Shown here piece by piece: positions 56,790-64,000 of a DNA stretch of 64,000 bases (within the stretch, counting starts at the first letter, position 1; every line of letters starts with the position of its first letter). The notes beneath the pieces are model-generated. The model saw only the letters and a list, made by a program, of their open reading frames with translations. It was not told the DNA's origin and ran no database searches. This stretch comes from an uncultured Candidatus Rokubacteria bacterium (GTDB taxonomy: Bacteria > Methylomirabilota > Methylomirabilia > Rokubacteriales > DASRDR01). The translations under genes were made by a program, and so were the position numbers. The stretch spans positions 160,001 to 224,000 of the forward strand of contig CAWGVS010000006.1 in NCBI GenBank assembly GCA_963826115.1, written 5' to 3'.

Positions 56790-57961
56790 CCGTCCGCCCA
56801 AACGGCCGGCCGCTCGACCAGCTGCCGGACGCGCTGGAGGAAGCGAGCGGCCGGCGCGCCGTCGACGACCCGGTGGTCGAAGGTGAGGCTGAGCGCGACC
56901 ATCTGCCGCGCCGCGATCCGTCCGGCGGCCTCGTCGACCACCACGGCGCGGGCCGCGATCCGGCCGACGCCGAGGATCGCGCACTCCGGCAGGTTGATGA
57001 TCGGCGTGAAGGCGTCGACGTCGAAGGCGCCGAGATTCGAGACCGTGAACGTGCCGCCCCGGAGGGCGTCGGGCGAGAGGGTGCCCGCGCGCGCCTGGGC
57101 AATCAGCACCGCCGACTCCTCGGCCAGGGCCCGGAGCGGCTTGGTCGCCGCGTCGCGCAGAACGCAGGCCAGGAGCCCGCGCGGCGTGTCGACCGCCACG
57201 CCGACGTGGACGGCTGGATGGCGAACGATCCGGTCGCCCTCCAGCGACGCGTTGAGGGCCGGGTGCTCCGTGAGCGCGACGGCGGCGAGCTTCACGAAGC
57301 AGTCGGTGTATGACGGGGCGCGAGCGCCCGCGGCCTGGAGCGCGGCGCGGAGCCGGACCAGCTCGGTGGCGTCGGCGTCGGTGGTCAAGGTGACCGGCGC
57401 GGTCGCGCGCGCGCTCGCGCTCATCCGCTCGGCGATGAGCCGGCGCACCTGACTCGGCCGGTCGGCGACCCCCGCTGCCCGCACGTCCCGCTCGACGATG
57501 CGCCCCGTCCGGCCAGTCCCGCGGAGGCGCGTCCAGTCCACGCGGAGCTCGGCGGCGACCCGGCGGGCCCGAGGGCTCGCCGTCGGCCCGCCGCGCGCGG
57601 CCGGGGTGACCGCCGGGCGCGCGGGCGCCGCCTCCGCGCCGACGGCGGCGTCCACGCCGGCCGCCGGGACCGCGGCGTGGGCGGCCGCACGGGACCGCGG
57701 CCCGGGCAGCGTCTCGCCCGGCGCGAGGACGTAGCCGAGCACCGTGCCGACCGGAACCTTGGCGCCCGGGGCGGGGGAATCGACGGGGATGCGCAGCACG
57801 CCCGCGTCGAAGGACTCCACCTCCACCTGGGCTTTGTCGCTCTCGATGACGCAGACCACGTCCCCGCTCCGGATGGGGTCGCCGTCCTTCTTCAGCCACT
57901 CGACGAGGACACCTTCCTCGCTCGACCAGCCCAGGCGGGGCATGAGGATTTCGTGGGGCAT
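56786..57961 (-). CDS. Dihydrolipoamide acyltransferase (E2)
   Basis: Lipoyl ESDKA, E3-binding ASPRARR...GTG..GRI, TFTVSNLG, DHRVVDGA. Confidence 0.94.
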   Translation of the reverse strand: MPHEILMPRLGWSSEEGVLVEWLKKDGDPIRSGDVVCVIESDKAQVEVESFDAGVLRIPVDSPAPGAKVPVGTVLGYVLAPGETLPGPRSRAAAHAAVPAAGVDAAVGAEAAPARPAVTPAARGGPTASPRARRVAAELRVDWTRLRGTGRTGRIVERDVRAAGVADRPSQVRRLIAERMSASARATAPVTLTTDADATELVRLRAALQAAGARAPSYTDCFVKLAAVALTEHPALNASLEGDRIVRHPAVHVGVAVDTPRGLLACVLRDAATKPLRALAEESAVLIAQARAGTLSPDALRGGTFTVSNLGAFDVDAFTPIINLPECAILGVGRIAARAVVVDEAAGRIAARQMVALSLTFDHRVVDGAPAARFLQRVRQLVERPAVWADG

Positions 57962-57972
57962 CTCGGCGCTGG

Positions 57973-57981
57973 ATCATATCA
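57973..57981 (-). promoter_or_regulatory. Extended -10 promoter of the E2 operon (very short leader)
   Basis: TG-A-TATGAT ending 11 nt before the ATG. Confidence 0.5.
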
Positions 57982-58106
57982 CGCGACTCCGGCTCCTCCG
58001 GGGGGGCGGACCCCGCTTGCGGGCGTCGCGCCTCGGCGGGATGATGGATGCCGTCGACCGAGACGGCCGCACCGCCCCACCGTCCGCCGGGGCCCAGGAG
58101 CATCGC

Positions 58107-59963
58107 ATGAAACCCTTCGTGGTCAACCGCTACGGCCGCATCGTCTTCCCATCCAACTTCTTTCCCGAGCTCGACTTCTCGGTCTTCCAGTCGCTCGACC
58201 AGTTCGCGGCCGTCATCCGCCGCGACTTCGAGGAGAAGGCGCCCACGGAGACCGACATCGTGGCCCGGGTCGAGGGCCGAGGGTACGCGAGCCGGTACGA
58301 GCTGCTCCGCGACCTCGCCCTGAACCTCTTTTGGGTGAACCGCTACGCGATGACGATGTACCGGAAGCAGCCCACGCGCTGGCGCGACGTGCCGCGGTCC
58401 CGGGACGACGTCTTCCTGCCGGTGTTCCGCCAGTGGGACGGCGGGGAGCTGGTGACGGCGATCGAGGCGGGATACCGGGCGCTGCCCCCGACATGGGACG
58501 AGGGGACGGAGACGAAGGTCTTCACGACGCTCCTCGACATCTTCCGGCACAAGAAGGGCGCGGGCGCCGAGCTGCCGGCGCTCAAGCCGACGGTCGCGGA
58601 GATCCTCGCGAACCCGAAGAACCTGACCTACCACCTCCTGGCCTACCATCCGGATTACCCGCGCTACGGGCAGGACGACCTGATCGAATGCGCCCACCCG
58701 GTGCCGGAGCTGGAGGCGCTCCTCCGGCAGGCGATGGTGCTCCACAACCAGTACCCGTGGGATCGTGCCAAGACCCGGCTGATCGAGGTGGGCCAGCTCC
58801 AGGCGGACGACTTCGTGGTGGTCTTCCACCCGCGGAGCGACGAGGTCCTCCAGTTCATCCGCCGGGTGAAGATGCCGCGGCGGACCTGGCCGCGCCGGCC
58901 GCCGCCGGCCCCGACCCGGCCGCCGGTGGCGCCCATGCCGCCGATCGACGTCCGCGCGCGGTTCCGGGTCCTCCCGCGTCTCGAGTCGCTCGCCGTCTAC
59001 CGCGGCGAGCGCGCGTGCACGAACGACGACCTCATCCGGAACGCCGCGTGGTGCTGGTCGCCCATGACCGCGGACGAGATTCGCGAGAAGACGGGAATCG
59101 AGCAGCGGCTCTACTCCGAGCTCGATCTCGACCACATGGCCCTCCTGGCGGCCGAGCGGGCGCTCGCAAAGGCCGGCCGGCGGCCCGAGGAGATCGGCGC
59201 GGTCCTGTTCTGCTCCTGCACCAGCACGCGGATGATGCCGTCGCTCGCGACCTGGCTGTCGGGCCAGCTCGGCATGCTGCAGACCCACGCCTCGGTCGAC
59301 ATGGTGGCCGCCTGCGCGGGGCTCCCGTACGGGCTCGGCGAGGCCGTCCGGCTCCTCCAGGAGGTCGAGCGCCCGGTGCTGGTCGTGTGCGGCGAGAAGT
59401 TCTCCGACAAGATCGGCACGGTGCGGACGTCCCGGATGATCTTCGGAGACGGCGCGGCGGCGCTCGTCGTCGGGCCGGCCCCGGCGGGGGCGCCGCTCGA
59501 CGTCGAGGTCTTCCAGACCTACGCGAGCGGGCCCATGTCCGAGGTCGAGTCGATCGTCTGGCCGAATCCCGACTTCGACAACAACATCACGGTCTTCGGT
59601 CCCGAGGTGCGCTCACTCGTGAAGCGCTACCTGAATCAGATGATCGCCGAGCTGCGCGCGCTGCCGCACCCCGACGGCGGCGCCGGCTCCCTCCTCGACG
59701 CGATCGATCTGATCGTCCCCCACCAGGCGAACAAGACGATGGTCGTGGCCATCGCCGAGGCGGCCGGCATCGCGCCCGCCCGGCTCTACTTCGACATCGA
59801 TCGGGTCGGCAACACGTCCTCGGCGAGCATCCCCATCGCGCTCCACGACGCCGCCCGCGAGGGCGTCCTGGACCGCCCGATGCGCGTGTTCGCCCCGGGG
59901 TTCGGGGCCGGCGCAGTGGGCGGCTACGTCGTGCTGCGCGTGGATCCCGCGATCATGGCCTGA
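58107..59963 (+). CDS. FabH/KAS III-like condensing enzyme with a large (about 280 aa) N-terminal extension
   Basis: KTGIEQR, AACAG (Cys), FGDGAAA, VPHQAN (His), GNTSSASIP (Asn), GFGAG; RBS AGGAG. Confidence 0.88.
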   Translation: MKPFVVNRYGRIVFPSNFFPELDFSVFQSLDQFAAVIRRDFEEKAPTETDIVARVEGRGYASRYELLRDLALNLFWVNRYAMTMYRKQPTRWRDVPRSRDDVFLPVFRQWDGGELVTAIEAGYRALPPTWDEGTETKVFTTLLDIFRHKKGAGAELPALKPTVAEILANPKNLTYHLLAYHPDYPRYGQDDLIECAHPVPELEALLRQAMVLHNQYPWDRAKTRLIEVGQLQADDFVVVFHPRSDEVLQFIRRVKMPRRTWPRRPPPAPTRPPVAPMPPIDVRARFRVLPRLESLAVYRGERACTNDDLIRNAAWCWSPMTADEIREKTGIEQRLYSELDLDHMALLAAERALAKAGRRPEEIGAVLFCSCTSTRMMPSLATWLSGQLGMLQTHASVDMVAACAGLPYGLGEAVRLLQEVERPVLVVCGEKFSDKIGTVRTSRMIFGDGAAALVVGPAPAGAPLDVEVFQTYASGPMSEVESIVWPNPDFDNNITVFGPEVRSLVKRYLNQMIAELRALPHPDGGAGSLLDAIDLIVPHQANKTMVVAIAEAAGIAPARLYFDIDRVGNTSSASIPIALHDAAREGVLDRPMRVFAPGFGAGAVGGYVVLRVDPAIMA

Positions 59964-60014
59964 GCGGACCGCTTCCCGGTTGTCAGTGAGCGCGCGGCGA
60001 GAGTAGGATGAGGA

Positions 60015-60029
60015 ATAGGTCATGCCTAT
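60015..60029. promoter_or_regulatory. Palindromic operator-like site (T-N11-A) upstream of the peptide gene
   Basis: ATAGG-TCATG-CCTAT directly before RBS AGGAGG. Confidence 0.4.
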
Positions 60030-60043
60030 CCAGGAGGGAGCCG

Positions 60044-60190
60044 ATGGACACTCCGGTTCCGGATAGCGATCGCGACGTCGCGCCCGAGCCTGCGAAGCGG
60101 CCGTGGACGACGCCGCGCCTGGTGGTGCACGGGCAGATTCCCGCCGTCACTTTCGCCGCTCCGAGCACCGTCACGAAGACGACGCCCTAA
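60044..60190 (+). CDS. 48-aa putative RiPP precursor with a lasso-type leader motif
   Basis: RBS AGGAGG 6 nt before the ATG; MDTPVPDSDRDVAPEPAKRP-WTTPRLVVHGQIPAVTF-AAPSTVTKTTP matches [YW]xxPxLxxxGxxxxxT exactly. Confidence 0.8.
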   Translation: MDTPVPDSDRDVAPEPAKRPWTTPRLVVHGQIPAVTFAAPSTVTKTTP

Positions 60191-60268
60191 GCGCGCGCCC
60201 GGCACGCTGCGTGCCTGGACGGTTGCGCGGGTGATTGCCATGCGCGGCCGTTCGGCTCCGGACCGACG

Positions 60269-61858
60269 CTGATCCCGCGAGCCTCCGCCGCCGCCCACTG
60301 GCTTGGCCGGGCGCGGTATCTTCGGAGCCTCGCAAGGCTCGGCCGCGCGCTGCCCGGCTACCTCGGCGACCCGACATCGGCTGCCGCCGCCGCCGAGTGG
60401 GTCCGCGACGGCCTCGTGGATCGCGAGCGACGGTTTCTCGACCTGGTCCAGCGCGCCGTGTTCGGGAACCCGTCGAGCCCTTATTTGGCGCTCCTCAGGC
60501 TCGCGGGATGCGAGCCCGGGGACGTGACCCGCCTCCTCGCGCAGGACGGCCTGGAGGGGACCCTTGCCCGGCTGCGCGACGCGGGCGTCTACCTGACGTT
60601 CGACGAGTTCAAGGGCCGCCGCGAGGTCGAGCGCGGCGGCCGGCGGTTCGGGTTCCGCGAGCGGGACTTCGACATGCCGGGCGAGACGCCTGCCCTCACC
60701 GCGGCCAGCGGCGGCACCCGCGGTCCGGCCACGCGGGTCCGGACGAGCTTGCCGCACCTGACCGACCTCGCGCGAGCCACTGCTCTCGCCCTTGACGCCC
60801 ACGACATCGGCCACGCCGAGCACGTGGTGTGGCTCGTCTCGGGTCTGACGGTCGCGCTCCTCACGGCGAAGCTCGGGCAACCGCCGGTCGCGTGGTTCCA
60901 TCCGCTCCCGCTGCCGCGAGGCGCCCGGTTGTCGGCCCTGTACGTGACGGCGCTCAGCCGGATCACCCGGTGCCCGCTGCCCCGTCCCCGGCGCCTCCCG
61001 CTCGAGCGGCCGGAGGCGATGGCGCACTGGCTGGCGGCGCGCGCGCGGGCCGGGCGGGCGGTCTGCGTCACGACCTACGCCAGCTCGGCGGTGCGGGTGG
61101 CGCGGAGCGCGCGGGAGGCGGGCCTCGACCTCGCGGGCGTGACGTTCGTGACGCTGGGCGAGCCGTTCACGGCCGCCAAGCGGGCAGCCGTCGAGGCCGC
61201 GGGCGCCCGGGCGCTGGTCCGCTACGCCTTCACCGAGGCCGGGATCATCGGCTTCGCGTGCGCCACGCCGCGCGCGCCCGATGACCTGCACTTCTTCGAC
61301 AACGCCCATGCGATGATCCTCCGGACCCGGCGGGTGGGAGCGGAGGGCCCGACCGTCGAGGCGCTCCTGTTCACCTCGCTGCTGCTCAGCGCCCCCAAGG
61401 TCTTGATCAACGTGGAGAGCGGCGACTCCGCCGGCGTGGGGCGCCGGGCGTGCGAGTGCCGCCTCGGCGCCGCCGGCTTGACGACGCACCTCGAGTCCAT
61501 CCGCAGCTTCGAGAAGCTGAGCGGCGAGGGCATGACCTTCATCCAGGTCGACCTGCTGCGCGTCCTGGAGGACGTGCTGCCCGCGCAGTTCGGCGGCGTC
61601 GGCGCGGACTACCAGGTCGTCGAGGAGGAGGGCACCGAGGGGATCCTGCGGCTCACCCTGGCGGTGAGCCCCCGCGTCGGGCCGGTCGACCTCGAGCAGG
61701 TGCGAGCCGCCTTCCTGGACGGGCTCGCTCGACAGCCGGGCGCCTCGCGGGCGGGCGTCGAGATGTGGCGGGCTGCGGAGACCGTGCGCGTCGTCCGCCG
61801 GCCGCCCACGGCGACCGCGGCCGGGAAGATCCTGCCGTTCCACGTCGCGCCCCGCTAG
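60269..61858 (+). CDS. PaaK/F390-synthetase-like adenylate-forming ligase; start uncertain (CTG 60269 or frameshift; first GTG at 60416)
   Basis: ASGGTRG (P-loop-like), LGEP, YAFTEAG, NVESGD, RSFEKL, YQVVE, TAAGKILP; protein-like frame continues upstream of 60416 (RYLRSLARLGRALPGYL). Confidence 0.75.
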   Translation: MIPRASAAAHWLGRARYLRSLARLGRALPGYLGDPTSAAAAAEWVRDGLVDRERRFLDLVQRAVFGNPSSPYLALLRLAGCEPGDVTRLLAQDGLEGTLARLRDAGVYLTFDEFKGRREVERGGRRFGFRERDFDMPGETPALTAASGGTRGPATRVRTSLPHLTDLARATALALDAHDIGHAEHVVWLVSGLTVALLTAKLGQPPVAWFHPLPLPRGARLSALYVTALSRITRCPLPRPRRLPLERPEAMAHWLAARARAGRAVCVTTYASSAVRVARSAREAGLDLAGVTFVTLGEPFTAAKRAAVEAAGARALVRYAFTEAGIIGFACATPRAPDDLHFFDNAHAMILRTRRVGAEGPTVEALLFTSLLLSAPKVLINVESGDSAGVGRRACECRLGAAGLTTHLESIRSFEKLSGEGMTFIQVDLLRVLEDVLPAQFGGVGADYQVVEEEGTEGILRLTLAVSPRVGPVDLEQVRAAFLDGLARQPGASRAGVEMWRAAETVRVVRRPPTATAAGKILPFHVAPR

Positions 61859-61984
61859 CGAACGAGGTCGCGGCGCCGCGATTGCGTCGCCCGGGTGGGC
61901 GGGCTAGGATGCGGGCCGCGGCCGGTGGGCCCGCCGGCATGCCTCCGCGTCGACGACCGTCAGGGGGAAGGGAGATCCAGGCGC

Positions 61985-62773
61985 ATGGCCTTCGAGACGA
62001 TCCTCGTGGAGCGCGAGCGCGACGGCATGCTCGTCGTCGTGACTTTCAACCGCCCGAAGCAGCTGAACGCGATCAACCGGGCCGTCGTCCGCGACCTGGA
62101 CGAGCTGTGCGCGGGCCTCGAGGGCGATGCGGCGGCGCGCGTCGTCCTGTTCACGGGCGCCGGGGAGCGCGCCTTCGTCGCGGGCGCCGATATCGGCGAG
62201 TTCGTGGGGCTCACGCCCGTCGAGGCGCTGACGTTCGGGCAGCGCATCCAGCGGCTGTTCAGCCGGATCGAGGCGCTGCCCCAGGTCACGATCGCCGCCG
62301 TCAACGGCTTCGCCCTCGGCGGGGGATGCGAGCTCACCCAGTGCTGCGACCTCGTCCTGGCCGCGGAGACCGCCCGCTTCGGCCAGCCGGAGGTCAATCT
62401 CGGCGTGACGCCGGGGGCGGGGGGGACCCAACGCCTGACTCGCGTCGTCGGCATGCACCGCGCCAAGGAGCTGAATCTCCTCGGCGAGATGATCGACGCG
62501 CAGGAGGCCTACCGGCTCGGCATCGCGAACCGCGTGGTGCCCGCCGACCGGCTGATGGCGGAGGCGCGGGCCATGGCCGACAAGCTCATCGCCAAGGCGC
62601 CGATCACGCTCCGGCTGATCAAGGAGGCGATGAACGAGGGCTACGACCTCGACCTCCCCAAGGGCCTCGCCATCGAGGCGAAGGCCTGGGGCGTCGTCTA
62701 CTCGACCGAGGACAAGACGGAGGGAGTCGCCGCGTTCCTCGAGAAGCGGAAGCCCGTGTTCAAGGGTCGGTAG
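61985..62773 (+). CDS. Enoyl-CoA hydratase/crotonase
   Basis: [54 protein letters not shown]. Confidence 0.94.
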   Translation: MAFETILVERERDGMLVVVTFNRPKQLNAINRAVVRDLDELCAGLEGDAAARVVLFTGAGERAFVAGADIGEFVGLTPVEALTFGQRIQRLFSRIEALPQVTIAAVNGFALGGGCELTQCCDLVLAAETARFGQPEVNLGVTPGAGGTQRLTRVVGMHRAKELNLLGEMIDAQEAYRLGIANRVVPADRLMAEARAMADKLIAKAPITLRLIKEAMNEGYDLDLPKGLAIEAKAWGVVYSTEDKTEGVAAFLEKRKPVFKGR

Positions 62774-62816
62774 CCGGCCCCGCGCGGCTCGGGCGTCAGG
62801 GCCCCCGGGCCGGCGC

Positions 62817-64000
62817 TCAGTTCACGCGCCGCTCGTGCCCCTTCCAGTACGGCTCGCGGAGCTTGAACTTCTGGAGCTTGCCGGTGGCGGTCCGCGACAG
62901 CTCGGTCCGGATCTCGATCGACGTGGGGCACTTGAAGTGGGCCATGCGGGACCGGCAGAAGTCCATCAACTCCTTCTCCGTCGCCTTCGTGCCGGGCTTC
63001 AGGACGACGAGCGCCTTGATCGTCTCGCCCCACTTCTCGTCGGGGATCCCGATCACCGCCGCCTCGGCCACGCCCGGGTGCTGGAAGAGACAGTCCTCGA
63101 CCTCGATGGACGAGACGTTCTCGCCGCCGGTGATGATGACGTCCTTCTTCCGGTCACTGATCACGAGGTGCGGCCCGTCCATGTGGCCGCCGTCGCCGGT
63201 GTGGAACCAGCCGTCGACGATCGCCTTTGCCGTCTCCGCCGGCTGCTCCCAGTAGCCCTCGAAGACGTGGTTCGAGCGCGCCAGCACCTCGCCGTGCTCG
63301 TCCACGCGGATCTGGACGCCCAGCGCCGGGGGACCGGTGCGCGCGAGGAGCCGCGCCTTCTCGTCGTTCGGCAGCCCGTCGAGCTCCGGGCCCGCGCGGT
63401 TGAAGGTGAGGAGCGGGGATGTCTCGGTGAGTCCGTAGATCTGGATGAACTCCCAGCCGAGCTCCTCCGCCATGCGCGCGATGACCTTCGAGGGCGGCGG
63501 CGCGCCGGCCACCACCATGCGCACGCTGCCGCGGCCGGGCACCGGCCGGTCGGCCGCGCGCCGCTTCTCCGCGGCGCCGAGGATCGCCGCCACGACCGCG
63601 GGCGCCCCGCACAGGAGGCTGACGCCCTGGGACTCGACCCGCTTCAGGATCTCCTCGCCGTCGACCTTCCGCAGGACGACGTGGCGGCCGGCCATGCCGG
63701 TCACGGCGTACCCCATGCCCCAGCCGTTGCAGTGGAACATCGGGAGGGTGTGGAGGTAGACCTCGCGCTCGGTCACGCCGGTGTGCCAGCCGAAGATCGC
63801 GGCGTTGAGCCAGATGTTCCGGTGGGTCACCTGGACGCCCTTCGGCCGCGCGGTCGTGCCCGACGTGTAGTTGATGCTCGCCGTCTCGTTCTCGTCGATC
63901 TCGCGCCGGCGCGGCATCGCGCCGGGCGGCGCCTCGGCGAACAGCTCGGCGTCGTGGACGCCGTCCATCACGATCCGGTGCTTGGCCTTCACGGAGGCCA
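62817..64000 (-). CDS. AMP-binding acyl-CoA synthetase (5' truncated by window edge)
   Basis: NYTSGTTARPKG, PMFHCNGW, YGLTETSP, FHTGD, GGENVSSIEVE, TGKLQK. Confidence 0.93.
   Translation of the reverse strand, partial: ASVKAKHRIVMDGVHDAELFAEAPPGAMPRRREIDENETASINYTSGTTARPKGVQVTHRNIWLNAAIFGWHTGVTEREVYLHTLPMFHCNGWGMGYAVTGMAGRHVVLRKVDGEEILKRVESQGVSLLCGAPAVVAAILGAAEKRRAADRPVPGRGSVRMVVAGAPPPSKVIARMAEELGWEFIQIYGLTETSPLLTFNRAGPELDGLPNDEKARLLARTGPPALGVQIRVDEHGEVLARSNHVFEGYWEQPAETAKAIVDGWFHTGDGGHMDGPHLVISDRKKDVIITGGENVSSIEVEDCLFQHPGVAEAAVIGIPDEKWGETIKALVVLKPGTKATEKELMDFCRSRMAHFKCPTSIEIRTELSRTATGKLQKFKLREPYWKGHERRVN

Noticed and set aside
55950-59288. 1112-aa ORF as one giant protein
   Set aside because: Only the last 279 aa (SDR) are protein-like; the rest is off-frame or antisense to the E2 and FabH genes
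60044-61858. Classical lasso peptide gene cluster
   Set aside because: The core has no Asp/Glu acceptor, and there is no Asn-synthetase-like cyclase, B2 peptidase or stand-alone RRE in the window
382-63759. Numerous long Arg/Pro/Gly-rich overlapping and antisense ORFs (e.g. 382-2571, 10661-13024, 54951-57452, 57677-59989)
   Set aside because: Shadow ORFs expected from stop-codon scarcity at very high GC; no family motifs, and each overlaps a well-supported gene
1-64000. rRNA, tRNA, CRISPR arrays, IS elements, known riboswitches
   Set aside because: None recognised: no regularly spaced repeats, no transposase/integrase motifs, and intergenic gaps are short. A covariance-model scan was not possible, so small RNAs are not excluded

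Overview
A very GC-rich, gene-dense bacterial chromosomal window with frequent GTG starts and overlapping stop/start codons. The style suggests Ca. Rokubacteria, but that is inference only. About 60 CDS are supported. I found no rRNA, tRNA, CRISPR array or transposase/integrase. Content in order: an acyl-CoA ligase and an SDR; two tandem MshEN/coiled-coil paralogues behind a near-consensus sigma54 promoter; a divergent sugar-phosphate/oxidative pentose-phosphate cluster (GNAT-fbp-gnd-rpiA on minus; pgi-gnd[frameshifted]-zwf-glk-pgl on plus); an incomplete DUF2877-fdrA module; DUF2142 and DUF616-fusion glycosylation genes; a module of two PNPOx-like proteins plus a GAF class III cyclase; two carbohydrate and two Liv-type ABC transporters; a GH19 hydrolase with a polycationic tail; LigAB-like ring-cleavage genes; amidohydrolases; a 2-oxoacid/acetoin dehydrogenase operon lacking E3; and a FabH-like / small peptide / PaaK-like ligase locus. 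Best candidates for an undescribed system: (1) a 48-aa peptide at 60044-60190 with an exactly spaced lasso-type leader (WxxPxLxxxGxxxxxT) but a core that cannot form a lasso ring, flanked by a PaaK-like adenylating enzyme and an extended FabH-like enzyme, i.e. a putative new RiPP class; (2) the sigma54-driven pair of ATPase-less MshEN (c-di-GMP receptor) coiled-coil proteins; (3) the flavin split-barrel pair plus atypical GAF-cyclase module. All functional calls come from motif recognition by eye, not database searches.
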